Below, piece by piece: positions 38,903 to 53,569 of a stretch of 64,000 nucleotides of DNA. A model generated the notes under the pieces. It was not told the origin of the DNA and did not search any database. It was given only the letters and a program-made list of their open reading frames with translations. Numbering within the stretch: position 1 is the stretch's first letter; every line of letters starts with the position of its first letter. Made by a program: the position numbers and the translations under genes. Origin of the DNA: Dehalococcoidia bacterium (GTDB lineage: Bacteria; Chloroflexota; Dehalococcoidia; Plut-88900); contig CBDFLQ010000006.1 of assembly GCA_965249275.1 (NCBI GenBank), forward strand, positions 864,001-928,000, written 5' to 3'.

Positions 38903-39844
38903 CTAGACCCTGGCCGTCCCCACGATACTGGACAAGGTGTCTACGCCCTGCTGTTCCATGTACTCCCTTAACCCATCCGCCACGTCCACGCAGGCCCGAG
39001 GATTGGTGAAGTTGGCTGTCCCTATCTGGACTGCAGTGGCGCCTGCCATTATGAATTCCAGGGCATCCTGCGCGTTGCTGATGCCCCCCATCCCGACCAC
39101 CGGAACGTCTACCGCACCCGCGGCCCTGTATACCATAGCCAAGGCCAACGGTTTGATTGCCGGCCCCGAAAGACCGCCCGTCACCGTGCTCAGCGTAGGT
39201 CTGCGCTTGGGCACGTCTATGGTGAGCCCTACGTAGGTGTTCACCAGGGATATGCAGTCCGCTCCACTATCCACCACCGCCCGGGATATTTCGGCAATGT
39301 CGGTCACGTTGGGGGTGAGCTTGACCATGACGGGGAGCGACGTGTTTTTCTTGACTGTCTCTGTGACCAGCGCCGCCGCCCGTGCATCGACACCGAACTC
39401 CAGGCCCCCTCGCTCCACATTCGGGCACCCGATGTTCACTTCGAGACCGCTGATGCCCGGCCGGCCTTCCAGTATCCGGGCAATCTCACCGAACTCGGTC
39501 GCGGTCTCGCCGGATATGTTTGCTATGACTTTGATCGGCCACGTTGCCCACTCTGGAGCGAGCGCATCCGCCGCGGCCTCCGCACCGACGTTCTGCAGGC
39601 CGATTGTGTTAAGCAGTCCGGCGGATGTCTCGGCCAGGCGAGGCTGTGGGTTTCCAGCGCGCGGGTATCGGGTTATCCCCTTGCACACTATCGCCCCAAT
39701 ACGGGACAGGTCCGAGACCTCTCCCAACTCCTTGCCGTAGGCCACCGTCCCCGAGGCCCCGATCACCGGATTGCTGATGACCAGGCCCCGCGGATGCAGA
39801 GGCGCCAGATTGACCGAAAGGTCCAGTTTTACGGCTGTCCTCAT
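38903..39844 (-). CDS. pyrD: Dihydroorotate dehydrogenase (class 1B) catalytic subunit
   Basis: ASGT, GNPQPR, CPNV, VKLTPNVTDI, GGLSGPAIKP. Confidence 0.93.
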   Translation of the reverse strand: MRTAVKLDLSVNLAPLHPRGLVISNPVIGASGTVAYGKELGEVSDLSRIGAIVCKGITRYPRAGNPQPRLAETSAGLLNTIGLQNVGAEAAADALAPEWATWPIKVIANISGETATEFGEIARILEGRPGISGLEVNIGCPNVERGGLEFGVDARAAALVTETVKKNTSLPVMVKLTPNVTDIAEISRAVVDSGADCISLVNTYVGLTIDVPKRRPTLSTVTGGLSGPAIKPLALAMVYRAAGAVDVPVVGMGGISNAQDALEFIMAGATAVQIGTANFTNPRACVDVADGLREYMEQQGVDTLSSIVGTARV

Positions 39845-44119
<4,275 letters not shown>

Positions 44120-44122
44120 GTA

Positions 44123-47100
44123 CTACAACACCTCTTTTTCTGATTCTTCGGTTGCGGCTTCGTCCGGCTCGGGGCCCAGCTGTGCAAGTATGTCCAACTC
44201 TCCCTCCACGCCGTCTTCTGTTTCGGCAATGTCTTCATCCAATAGCGTTTCTTCTGCTTCCTCGTTCAGCAGCTCCACCGAGAGCCCCAGGCTCTGCAAC
44301 TCTTTCTGCAGCACCCGGAAGGATTCGGGAACGCCGGGCTGGAACACGTCCTCGCCCTTGACTATCGATTCGTAGGTCTTCACCCGACCCGCCACGTCGT
44401 CCGACTTGACTGTCAGCATCTCCTGGAGCAGGTGGGCCGCACTGTAGGCCTCAAGGGCCCACACCTCCATTTCCCCGAACCTCTGCCCTCCGAACTGAGC
44501 CTTGCCGCCCAGGGGCTGCTGGGTTATCAGGGAGTAGGGGCCGGTGGACCGGGCGTGGATCTTGTCCTCTACCAGGTGAATCAGCTTCATCATGTAGATT
44601 GGCCCCACGGTTATCGGCTGGTCGAAAGCCTCTCCCGTACGGCCGTCACGCAGAAGCATCTTGCCGAAGAAAGGCGGGATGACATCCCGTTCGGACATGG
44701 CCTCCGTCATCTTGGCATTCAGCTCCTCGCGCCCGAAATCGGAAGCATCTATTCCCATATCATCGAACCAGAGCTTCAGGCACACCTCTTTTGCCAGGCC
44801 GGGGCTGTTGTCCCCCATAACCTGCTCCCCGTCGTATCCCTTGCCCTTCAGCCAGTCAATGGCCATGTGGCCGTTCTGGGGGCCGGCGCCGTTCTGGGGG
44901 TCGGAGCCGTTCTCGGGGCCCGGAAGTGCAGTCTCAGCCCGCTGGTTAATCCACATCTTGGACAGGGCATCTTCAATTGACGTGTCGCTCGCTCCGTCGA
45001 ATACGGGCGTCGCGACCTTGAACCCGAGGGCCTGGGCCGCGAGGCCCAGGTGGGTCTCCAGAATCTGCCCCAGGTTCATCCTGGACGGCACGCCGATGGG
45101 GTTTAACACTATGTCTATTGGAGTCCCATTCGGCAGGAAGGGCATCTCCTCCTCGGGCAGGATTACCGCTATGACGCCCTTGTTGCCGTGGCGTCCCGCC
45201 ATCTTGTCTCCCTCGGCTATCTTCCGGGTGTGGGCCACCCAGACCCGGACCAGCTGGTTTACGCCTGGGGAAAGCTCGTCCTTGTCGTCCCTGGTGAACT
45301 TTTTGACGTCAATTACCTTGCCCTGCTCGCCGTGGGGAACCCGCAGGCAGGTGTCCTTAACTTCCCGGGCCTTCTCACCGAAGATCGCCCGCAGCAGCTT
45401 CTCTTCCGCCGTGAGCTCCGTTTCACCCTTGGGCGTTATCTTGCCGACCAGGATGTCTCCCGGCCCGACAACCGCCCCAATCCTGATGATTCCTTCCTCG
45501 TCCAGATCGGCCAGGCTTTCTTCGCCAACATTCGGGATGTCCTGGGTGATCTCCTCGGGGCCAAGTTTCGTGTCCCGGGCCTCCACCTCGTGCTTCTCGA
45601 TATGAATCGAGGTGAACTTGTCCTCCCGGACTATCCGTTCGCTTATTACAATGGCGTCTTCGTAGTTGTAGCCTTCCCAGCTCATAAAGGCACACAGGAC
45701 GTTCTGTCCCAGCGCCAACTCTCCCATGTCGGTAGAGGAGCTGTCGGCCAGGACCTGGCCTCGGCTTACCCGGTCTCCCTTCTGCACAATCGGCCTCTGG
45801 TTTATGCAGGTACCCTGGTTGCTCCGCATGAACTTGAGCAAGGGGTATTCCCGCAGACCGCCCTCGTCCTGCTTAATCATGATTTCATCGCCGGAAACCG
45901 AGACCACCTTGCCGTCAGCCGCAGCCACACACACCTGACCACTGTCCTTGGCAACATAGGCCTCCATTCCAGTCCCGATCAGGGGCGACTCGGGGCGGAG
46001 GAGGGGCACGGCTTGCCTCTGCATGTTGGAGCCCATCAGCGCTCGGTTGGCGTCGTCGTGCTCCAGGAACGGGATCAAAGAAGTTGAAACACTGACTATC
46101 TGCTTCGGCGATACGTCCATGAAGTCGACGTTCTCGGGAATCTCCATCCGCAGAGTTTCGCCGTAGCGGGCCTCGATCCTTTCCGTCGTGAACTGGTTCT
46201 GCTCGTCCAGCCTCAAGTTGGCCTGCGCTATGACGTACTGCTCCTCTTCATCCGCCGCGAGGTAGTCGATATTGGCCGACACAAACGGCTTAACACTGAT
46301 AGTCCGCCCGTTCAGACCAGCGATCCTCTTGGCCATCGCCTTCGTTACTACCTTGCCCTCCCGGGATATCGTTCTCCCCTCGTTCCCCACCACCTTCTCA
46401 GTCAGCGTCTTGCCGACAATCTCGGGGGAATCGCAGGGGACTTCCTTTATGACCCGACGGTAGGGGGTCTCTATGAAGCCGTACTCGTTGATGACTGAAT
46501 AAGTGGCCAGGGACCCGAGAAGTCCAATGTTGGGCCCTTCAGGGGTCTCGATGGGGCATATCCGCCCGTAGTGGGAATGGTGTACGTCCCTGACGTCAAA
46601 TCCCGCCCTCTCCCTGGACAGCCCGCCCGGGCCTAGTGTCGATAACCGGCGCTTGTGGGTCAGCTCCGCCAGGGGGTTGGTCTGGTCCATGAACTGGGAC
46701 AGCTGCGAACCACCGAAGAACTCCTTGATGGAAGCCACTATGGGTCGCACGTTGACCAACGCCTGCGCCATCGCTGTTTCCGCCTCGGTCAGGGTCATCC
46801 TCTCCCGCACCACCCTCTCCATCCGCATCAGCCCGATACGGAACTGGTTCTGAATAAGCTCACCGACACCCTTCACTCGCCTGTTGCCCAGGTGGTCGAT
46901 GTCGTCGACGGTGTCTTTGCCCTGGTTTACCAGGATCACCTTGCGGACTATAGCCAGCAGGTCCTCCTTGTTGAGGGCGCGGTTGCTGAACACCTCATTC
47001 ACCTTCTCGGCCTTCTCCTCCGGCAGGATGGCCTTTACTGCCTCTTCGTCGAAGATGCCCGTCGCCACGATGGGGTGGACCATCGCCGCTTCCTCTTTAT

Positions 47101-48076
47101 CCAGGCCCAGGGCCTTCAGCAGCTCGGTCCCCAGCCGCTTGTTTACCTTGTAGCGGCCAACCTTTCCGAAGTCGTACCTGCGCGGGTTGAAGAAAAGGGC
47201 CTTCAGCAGGTTGTCTGCATTCTCGACGGTGGGGGGCTCTCCGGGCCTGATGCGCCGGTACAGCTCTATCAGCGCCTCCTCCCGAGACTCGATGCCCCCA
47301 TCCTTCTCCAGCGTCCTGTCGATGTACGAGTTTTCGCCTTCCAGGTCGATGTCTTTGAACAGTTCCTTGATAGGTTCATCATTCCCGTACCCGACGCACC
47401 TGAGCAGCGTAGTCACGGGGAGCTTCCTCTTCCGGTCCACCTTCGCCGAGATTATGCCCCGGTTGCTGGTCTCAAGCTCCAGCCACGCACCCCGGTTGGG
47501 GATCAGCTTGGTCGAGCAGAGGCCTCGTCCCGTGGACGGGTCGGTGTCCAGTGTGAAATAGACCCCCGGCGAGCGCACGAGCTGGCTTACAACCACCCGC
47601 TCCGCGCCGTTGATGATGAAGGTGCCCTGGGAGGTCATAAGGGGAATGTCCCCCATGAACAGCTCCTGCTCCTTCACCTCTCCCGTCTGCTTGATTACAA
47701 GCTGCACCTTCACGTACAGGGGAGCCGAGTAGGTTGCGTCGCGCATCCGGCACTCGCTCTCGTCGTACTTCGGGAAGTGCTTCTTTTGGCAATCCGGGTT
47801 CTGCAGAGGACACGGGAGGGGAGTGCCGTCCGGGCTCTTATCCTTTGTCGGGTCCCGGAACTCGTAGTCCAGGAAGTGGAGGTCGAACCTGCCACCTGCG
47901 TAGTCGGATATCGGCGACACTTTTTCGAACAATTCCTTGAGTCCTTCTCTTCGGAACCATTCGTAGGAGTCCAGTTGGACAAGGATCAGGCTGGGTATCT
48001 CAAGGACTTCGGGGAGCTTGGAGAACGACACTCGGCTCCGGTCAAGGGTTTCGGGCGCGGGTAGAGTCGACACCAT
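44123..48076 (-). CDS. rpoB: RNA polymerase beta subunit
   Basis: [34 protein letters not shown]. Confidence 0.99.
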   Translation of the reverse strand: MVSTLPAPETLDRSRVSFSKLPEVLEIPSLILVQLDSYEWFRREGLKELFEKVSPISDYAGGRFDLHFLDYEFRDPTKDKSPDGTPLPCPLQNPDCQKKHFPKYDESECRMRDATYSAPLYVKVQLVIKQTGEVKEQELFMGDIPLMTSQGTFIINGAERVVVSQLVRSPGVYFTLDTDPSTGRGLCSTKLIPNRGAWLELETSNRGIISAKVDRKRKLPVTTLLRCVGYGNDEPIKELFKDIDLEGENSYIDRTLEKDGGIESREEALIELYRRIRPGEPPTVENADNLLKALFFNPRRYDFGKVGRYKVNKRLGTELLKALGLDKEEAAMVHPIVATGIFDEEAVKAILPEEKAEKVNEVFSNRALNKEDLLAIVRKVILVNQGKDTVDDIDHLGNRRVKGVGELIQNQFRIGLMRMERVVRERMTLTEAETAMAQALVNVRPIVASIKEFFGGSQLSQFMDQTNPLAELTHKRRLSTLGPGGLSRERAGFDVRDVHHSHYGRICPIETPEGPNIGLLGSLATYSVINEYGFIETPYRRVIKEVPCDSPEIVGKTLTEKVVGNEGRTISREGKVVTKAMAKRIAGLNGRTISVKPFVSANIDYLAADEEEQYVIAQANLRLDEQNQFTTERIEARYGETLRMEIPENVDFMDVSPKQIVSVSTSLIPFLEHDDANRALMGSNMQRQAVPLLRPESPLIGTGMEAYVAKDSGQVCVAAADGKVVSVSGDEIMIKQDEGGLREYPLLKFMRSNQGTCINQRPIVQKGDRVSRGQVLADSSSTDMGELALGQNVLCAFMSWEGYNYEDAIVISERIVREDKFTSIHIEKHEVEARDTKLGPEEITQDIPNVGEESLADLDEEGIIRIGAVVGPGDILVGKITPKGETELTAEEKLLRAIFGEKAREVKDTCLRVPHGEQGKVIDVKKFTRDDKDELSPGVNQLVRVWVAHTRKIAEGDKMAGRHGNKGVIAVILPEEEMPFLPNGTPIDIVLNPIGVPSRMNLGQILETHLGLAAQALGFKVATPVFDGASDTSIEDALSKMWINQRAETALPGPENGSDPQNGAGPQNGHMAIDWLKGKGYDGEQVMGDNSPGLAKEVCLKLWFDDMGIDASDFGREELNAKMTEAMSERDVIPPFFGKMLLRDGRTGEAFDQPITVGPIYMMKLIHLVEDKIHARSTGPYSLITQQPLGGKAQFGGQRFGEMEVWALEAYSAAHLLQEMLTVKSDDVAGRVKTYESIVKGEDVFQPGVPESFRVLQKELQSLGLSVELLNEEAEETLLDEDIAETEDGVEGELDILAQLGPEPDEAATEESEKEVL

Positions 48077-48213
48077 GGCGTCTAGAACCTCCAGGATAAC
48101 AGGGTAGTAATGCCTATACCTGTGCTAGGTGAGGTGCGGGTACAAATGGTCAGCTCGGGGGGATGAGCCTTAGAGGGGGAATGGGGCACGGGGAGTACTG
48201 CATTCGACCTGCC

Positions 48214-48242
48214 ATATTAGCACCCGCTAAATGCCCTGTCAA
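48214..48242 (-). promoter_or_regulatory. Sigma70-like promoter for rpoBC
   Basis: TTGACA-N17-TAATAT on the - strand. Confidence 0.7.
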
Positions 48243-48359
48243 TAGAATGCGACCCCTAATTTGGAGCAATTCCATGTTGCCTGGTGAGCGTCCTGAGGCC
48301 AAGGCCCGGGCCATTGGCCCAAAGAGGTCTCGATTCTCTGCCTCCTGTGCCTGTTCAAG

Positions 48360-48389
48360 TTGACAATAAGGCACGCATACAGGTAGGCT
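48360..48389 (+). promoter_or_regulatory. Sigma70-like promoter for the DAHP synthase leader
   Basis: TTGACA-N18-TAGGCT, 9 nt before ATG 48399. Confidence 0.6.
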
Positions 48390-48398
48390 TTATCGGCT

Positions 48399-48494
48399 AT
48401 GACAAGCTGGGATGCTGCACAGGGCTATTATCGCCACTTTATAAGCGTGCCAATGTGCGCCGGTGAGGTCTTGACGCTCTACCCCCAATCATAG
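48399..48494 (+). CDS. Putative 31-aa attenuator leader peptide
   Basis: MTSWDAAQGYYRHFISVPMCAGEVLTLYPQS*; contains W, YY and F codons and overlaps the antiterminator strand. Confidence 0.6.
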   Translation: MTSWDAAQGYYRHFISVPMCAGEVLTLYPQS

Positions 48495-48519
48495 GACAGG
48501 ACAGACAAGAGAACGTTCG

Positions 48520-48552
48520 AGACCTCGACCACAACCGGTCGAGGTCTTTTTT
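48520..48552 (+). terminator. Attenuator terminator upstream of DAHP synthase
   Basis: AGACCTCGACC-ACAACC-GGTCGAGGTCT plus a T run, ending 16 nt before ATG 48569. Confidence 0.85.
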
Positions 48553-48568
48553 GCTGAGAGGTGAGGAG

Positions 48569-49624
48569 ATGGTCCAGATCGAGAAGTCGGTAGTCCATGA
48601 CGTAAGGGTTGAGAGCATCAAGCGGCTGGACCCACCGTCTGCATATTGGAAGCGTTACCCGCTGCCGGACCCCATAAGGGAGCAAATTGCCCGGCATCGG
48701 CGCCAGATAGAAGCAATTCTGAGCGGCCGCGACGCACGGCTGCTCATAATCGTCGGGCCATGCTCGATCCACGACACCGAATTGGGCCTCGACTACGCCC
48801 GGCGCTTGGCAGGGCTTGCCAAAGAGGTCGAAGACCGGCTCATGATCGCCATGCGGGTCTACTTCGAGAAGCCTCGCACTACTGTCGGCTGGAAGGGCCT
48901 CATAAATGACCCTCAGCTCAACGGCACCTACGATGTACAAGAGGGCCTGGCCAAGGCTCGGCAGTTTCTGATAGACGTATGCTCCCAGGGTCTGCCGACT
49001 GCTACAGAGTTCCTGGAGCCGTTCACTCCTCAATATCTCAGCGACATGATCTCCTGGGGCGCTATCGGCGCAAGGACCACCGAGAGCCAGCCCCACAGGC
49101 TCATGGCGAGCGGTCTCAGTATGCCGATAGGGTTCAAGAACGGTACAGGCGGGGGCGTGGAAATCGCAGTTGATGGCGTAGTGTCCGCCATGTCGGAGCA
49201 TGTTTTCCTCGGCATCGATGCCGACGGCATCGCATCCGTGGTAAAGACCATAGGCAACCCTGCCGCCCATTTGATACTCCGGGGAGGAAAGTCGGGCCCC
49301 AACTACGGCGTGGAGTCGGTGGCTACCGCACAGGGATTACTCAAGAAGCGCGGCCTCTCCTCCAACCTGCTCGTGGACTGTTCTCATGCCAACTCGAACA
49401 AGGACCACAAGTTGCAATCCGCCGTCTTCAACGCACTCCTCGATCAAAGGGCGACCAATCCGGGGATTGTCGGCCTAATGCTCGAAAGCAACATCAAAGA
49501 GGGAAACCAGTCCTTGGGAGATCCTTCAAAGCTCGAATACGGCGTTTCGATCACGGATGCCTGCATCGGGTGGGAGGAAACCGAGGAAATCATCCGGTCA
49601 GCCCATGCGCGGCTGGGGAGCTAG
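48569..49624 (+). CDS. aroG: 3-deoxy-7-phosphoheptulonate (DAHP) synthase, class I alpha
   Basis: VGPCSIHD, MRVYFEKPRTTVGWKGLINDP, AIGARTTESQ, DCSHANS, SITDACIGW. Confidence 0.95.
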   Translation: MVQIEKSVVHDVRVESIKRLDPPSAYWKRYPLPDPIREQIARHRRQIEAILSGRDARLLIIVGPCSIHDTELGLDYARRLAGLAKEVEDRLMIAMRVYFEKPRTTVGWKGLINDPQLNGTYDVQEGLAKARQFLIDVCSQGLPTATEFLEPFTPQYLSDMISWGAIGARTTESQPHRLMASGLSMPIGFKNGTGGGVEIAVDGVVSAMSEHVFLGIDADGIASVVKTIGNPAAHLILRGGKSGPNYGVESVATAQGLLKKRGLSSNLLVDCSHANSNKDHKLQSAVFNALLDQRATNPGIVGLMLESNIKEGNQSLGDPSKLEYGVSITDACIGWEETEEIIRSAHARLGS

Positions 49625-49706
49625 GGATTTTGCCTGCCTTGATTGGAGCGCTCAGCCCGGACCCGAGGGACTCGCTAAGCGAGACCTTTGCATAACCTCT
49701 AGTGGT

Positions 49707-49785
49707 GGGGCCGCTCGTGCTGTCGTAGATCCGCCGAGGCGGGAGGCTCTCGAAGTATGAGCGGGGGGCCACGCACTGCCAATCC
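49707..49785 (+). repeat. REP-like palindromic dispersed repeat (similar copy at 55923-56006)
   Basis: GGGGCCGCTC..TGTCG.AGATCCGCC..GGCGGGAG..TCGAAG..GAGCGGGGG..ACTGCCAATCC is present in both copies. Confidence 0.75.
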
Positions 49786-50095
49786 GTCGCAGTTATCCGC
49801 CCTATTTTTTGTGACACGGACCCCTTGCCCCTCCCCTCACCGCCCCATCTATAATGCCGTTATGCGAATGTTCCTCACTTTCCTTCACGGGCCCCGAAAT
49901 CCCTGGAGTTTCCAAACAATCAAACATCGTGCCTGCTTCCTCCAAACAATCAAACGTAAGGCCGGTTTTTTTGGTTGACCGCTTTCTTATTGATTGGCAT
50001 ATGTCAACTAAACCGTATGCTCAGCACCAATTCAGAGGTTTCCCGCCACCTTCCCCTGTGCTATCATCGTCCGGTAGTTTTCCTCCTCTGGTGGC

Positions 50096-50674
50096 ATGTC
50101 TCCCCTTGACCTGAGTCTTCTCATTGAGCCCCCTTACCGCGACAATTTGGATGCCGCATTGATCCAATGTGCCGTGTCAAATGTCCTCGAAGTAGAGGGT
50201 GCCCGATACCCCGCCGAGGTTTCCGTCGCCGTCACTGGAGACGACACGGTAGCCGACCTTAACCTGAGGTTCAGGGGCAAATCGGGCACCACCGACGTGC
50301 TGTCATTCACCATGAGTGGGAGCGAGGTCGGAGAGGGAGGATTCGTCAGCCCGCCCAGCGGCAAGCAGGACCTTGGAGAGGTGATAATCTCCTACCCCCA
50401 GGCCTCCCGTCAGGCCGAGAGTCTGGGCCACGAGACCAAGGACGAAATAGCCTTCCTTACAGTTCACGGCATGTTTCACCTCCTGGGCTACGACCACGAA
50501 GTACCCTCCGAGGCGGACCTGATGAAAGAGATGGAGACCCGAGCATTACGCCTCATGGGTATTGAGCGAAAGGCCCTGTTCCCGGAGCAAAATGATGGGG
50601 AGGGGATGGACTCACGCCTCGGCGCATCTTCGACCGGCTCGGAGGCCCGAATGACGGATTTGGGGAACAACTGA
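50096..50674 (+). CDS. ybeY: rRNA maturation RNase YbeY
   Basis: TDVLSF, LGEVIIS, HGMFHLLGYDH metal motif. Confidence 0.93.
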   Translation: MSPLDLSLLIEPPYRDNLDAALIQCAVSNVLEVEGARYPAEVSVAVTGDDTVADLNLRFRGKSGTTDVLSFTMSGSEVGEGGFVSPPSGKQDLGEVIISYPQASRQAESLGHETKDEIAFLTVHGMFHLLGYDHEVPSEADLMKEMETRALRLMGIERKALFPEQNDGEGMDSRLGASSTGSEARMTDLGNN

Positions 50675-52533
50675 TGGTCTCCGAAGTGCTCTATCGTAAG
50701 TGGCGACCCCAGACCCTCGCCGGAGTGGTGGGGCAGGAGCACGTTACCCGCACCCTCATCAACGCCCTTACCCAGGGCCGGGTCGCCCACGCCTACCTCT
50801 TCTGCGGGCCCCGGGGCACAGGCAAGACCAGCACCGCCCGAATCCTCGCCAAGGCTGTCAACTGCGTCAGGAACGGCAAGGGCGAGCCCTGCAACGAGTG
50901 CCCGCAATGCGTGGCGGTCGGCATGGGCAACGCCCTCGATCTCATTGAGATAGACGCCGCCTCCAACCGAGGCATCGACGAGGTGCGTGACCTACGGGAG
51001 CGCGTCAACTATTTGCCTGCCGAGTCCCCCTTCAAGGTCTATATTGTCGACGAAGTCCATATGATGACCACGCCCGCCTTCAACGCCCTCCTCAAGATTC
51101 TGGAGGAACCCCCGAGGCACGTAATCTTCATTCTCGCCACAACCGAAGCTCACAGGCTCCCCGTCACCATCGTATCCCGCTGCCAGCGCTTCGACTTCCG
51201 CCGTCTCAGCCAAAGCTCCGTCGAGGGCCGGCTCCAGGAACTCTGCGACGACGAGGGCGTAAAGGTCGAGCCCTGGGTGATGAAGTCCATCGTCCGGGCC
51301 TCGGAGGGGAGCCTCCGGGACGCCGAGAACCTGCTGGAGCAGCTCATCGTCTCTTTCGGCGCCAGCATCGAACCTGCCCACCTGCGGGAGCTGCTCGGCG
51401 TATCATCGGGCCTGCCCCTTCAGGAGGTCGCCGCGGGGATGCTCTCCGGCGACCTGCCAGGTGCACTCAGGTCCCTGCACGGTGTCGCCGAGCAGGGGTT
51501 GAACCTGAAGCACTTCCACCGGGAGATGCTCGAATATCTCCGGTCGTTGCTCCTGATCAAGGCCGGGGCCGCCGACGTGCTGGACTTGCCCGACGAGGAC
51601 TTGGTAGGGGCGCGTGAGCAGGCCTCGACATCCGACATCGGACTGTTGCAGCGCGCCCTCGCCCTCTGGAGCAGCGCCAACCTGAGAGCCGATTCCTCGA
51701 GCCCCATGCCCCTGGAAATGGCCATCATTGACGTCGCTCTATACGCCTCCCAACCCGCCTCCACCCCCCAGCAAACCAGGCCTGCCAGGAGCGCTGCTGC
51801 CCCAGAACCCGCAAGGCCGGCGGCACCCGCACCGCGCGCAAGAACCGCCCCGACGCCCGCACCCCAACCTCCAAAGCCACCCGTCCGTGACCCCGAGCTC
51901 CAACCGGTCGCAAAGGCCCCTTCAAACGGTGTCCCGGCACCCGATACCCATTTAGAGGAAACCCAGAGTCCCGCGCCGGTCTCAGAGCCTCAGCCCGAGC
52001 CTTTAGCTACACCCGTGCCGGTATCTGAAGGAACAGGCGACATCTCCGATTTCAAAGAGAGATGGCCGGCATTGGTGGATGCTCTACGAGGCGTCGGGTC
52101 CAAGGGAAGCCTGGATGCGGTTCTCCGCAGTGCCAGCGAGCCCGTGGCCCTTGAGGGCGACACCCTGGTTATCGGTTTCTTCCACGAATTCCACAAGAAC
52201 TGGATCGACAACCCCAAGTATCGCCACTTGGTCGAAAAGAAGGTAAACGAGGTGTTCGGCGGGCCCTATCGGATCCGCTGCGACCTTGTCAGTAAGGATA
52301 GGTCACCTCGCCTCGAATCCGGTCCGGCCATAAGCGAGCCTGCGCCCCCGAACGGCGGCTACGGACAACCCGCCTTGGCAGCGCAACCGGAGCCCCGAGC
52401 CAAGGAACCCCCACTCGTCCCCGCCACCCCCGACTCGGGGCCCGGGCCACTGGTGAAGGCAGCGCTAGAGATGGGAGCCAGGATTATCGAGCGGGGGCCG
52501 GAGAATTCCAGCGTCACCGGGAGCGCATTATGA
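50674..52533 (+). CDS. dnaX: DNA polymerase III subunit gamma/tau
   Basis: LYRKWRPQ, GPRGTGKTS, EIDAASN, DEVHM, SRCQRF; Pro-rich linker. Confidence 0.96.
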   Translation: MVSEVLYRKWRPQTLAGVVGQEHVTRTLINALTQGRVAHAYLFCGPRGTGKTSTARILAKAVNCVRNGKGEPCNECPQCVAVGMGNALDLIEIDAASNRGIDEVRDLRERVNYLPAESPFKVYIVDEVHMMTTPAFNALLKILEEPPRHVIFILATTEAHRLPVTIVSRCQRFDFRRLSQSSVEGRLQELCDDEGVKVEPWVMKSIVRASEGSLRDAENLLEQLIVSFGASIEPAHLRELLGVSSGLPLQEVAAGMLSGDLPGALRSLHGVAEQGLNLKHFHREMLEYLRSLLLIKAGAADVLDLPDEDLVGAREQASTSDIGLLQRALALWSSANLRADSSSPMPLEMAIIDVALYASQPASTPQQTRPARSAAAPEPARPAAPAPRARTAPTPAPQPPKPPVRDPELQPVAKAPSNGVPAPDTHLEETQSPAPVSEPQPEPLATPVPVSEGTGDISDFKERWPALVDALRGVGSKGSLDAVLRSASEPVALEGDTLVIGFFHEFHKNWIDNPKYRHLVEKKVNEVFGGPYRIRCDLVSKDRSPRLESGPAISEPAPPNGGYGQPALAAQPEPRAKEPPLVPATPDSGPGPLVKAALEMGARIIERGPENSSVTGSAL

Positions 52534-52841
52534 ACAGACAGATGCGGCGTCAGATGAAACAGATGCAGGATGTCCAGTCCCTGCTGGCCAAGGCCCAGGA
52601 AGAGCTGGCCGACAAGGACGTCGAGGCCAGTGTCGGCGGCGGCGCAGTCAAGGTCGTCATGAATGGCAAACAGGAGATCAAGTCCATCACCATCTCACCC
52701 GAGGTCGTTGACCCGGAGGACGTGGAGATGCTCCAGGACCTTGTCCAGGCCGCCGTCACCGAGGCCATCGAGAAGTCCCAGGGCCTGGCCTCCAGCCACC
52801 TTGGAGGACTCACCGCGGGCCTCAACATCCCCGGGCTGTAG
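52530..52841 (+). CDS. ybaB: YbaB/EbfC nucleoid-associated protein
   Basis: GGGAVKV, DPEDVEMLQDLV; dnaX-ybaB-recR synteny. Confidence 0.93.
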   Translation: MNRQMRRQMKQMQDVQSLLAKAQEELADKDVEASVGGGAVKVVMNGKQEIKSITISPEVVDPEDVEMLQDLVQAAVTEAIEKSQGLASSHLGGLTAGLNIPGL

Positions 52842-52856
52842 GCAGCGGGGAAGTCC

Positions 52857-53462
52857 ATGTCCACCTCGCCCACCTCTCCAGCCGTGACCCGGCTCATAGA
52901 GGCATTCCACCGGCTGCCGGGCATCGGGCCCAAGACGGCCCAGCGGCTAACCTATCACGTGGTGCGCCTCCCCGAAGAGGAGGCCCGAGCCCTCTCCGAA
53001 GCCATCATCGCCGTCAAGGAGCGCACCACCCTTTGCGGCTCGTGCCAGAACATCGCCGAGACCGAGGTGTGCCCCCTCTGCAGCGACTTTCGTCGTGACC
53101 GTAGCCAGATCTGCGTCGTAGAAGAGCCTTTGGACATCCTCCCCATCGAGAGGTCGGGCAAGTTCCACGGACTGTTCCACGTCCTCCACGGCGTGATCTC
53201 TCCCATGGACGGCATCACACCCGACGACCTGAAGGTGAAGGAGTTGCTGCACCGTCTCCGCGACGGCCAGGTGAAGGAGATAATCCTCGGCATCAACCCC
53301 AACATCGAGGGTGACGCCACCTGCATGTATCTGAACGGGCTGATATCGCCCCTTGGGATACGGGTCACGCGGCTGGCTCGGGGCCTCCCCGCCGGCGGCG
53401 ACCTCGAGTATGTGGATGACGTGACGCTGGCTCGGGCCCTGGAGGGTCGGCAGCCGTTTTAG
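52857..53462 (+). CDS. recR: Recombination mediator RecR
   Basis: LPGIGPKTAQRL, C4 zinc finger, ICVVE, LARGLP.GGDLEY. Confidence 0.96.
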   Translation: MSTSPTSPAVTRLIEAFHRLPGIGPKTAQRLTYHVVRLPEEEARALSEAIIAVKERTTLCGSCQNIAETEVCPLCSDFRRDRSQICVVEEPLDILPIERSGKFHGLFHVLHGVISPMDGITPDDLKVKELLHRLRDGQVKEIILGINPNIEGDATCMYLNGLISPLGIRVTRLARGLPAGGDLEYVDDVTLARALEGRQPF

Positions 53463-53569
53463 CGCCCCGACCCGCAACTCCTTCTTTCGGATGCCCAGAG
53501 AAGACACTAAGGCCCTTTTTCGACGTTTCCTTCATCCTTTAATATGAGGCCTCGGCGTATAATCCCCTC

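Noticed and set aside
48400-48552. T-box riboswitch before DAHP synthase
   Set aside because: No GGTGGNACC T-box bulge or stem I motifs; the leader-peptide model fits better
49911-49955. Mini CRISPR array
   Set aside because: Only two 15-bp units with a 15-bp spacer, and no cas genes in the window
50674-52533. Programmed frameshift in dnaX producing gamma
   Set aside because: No A-AAA-AAG or long A-run slippery site seen
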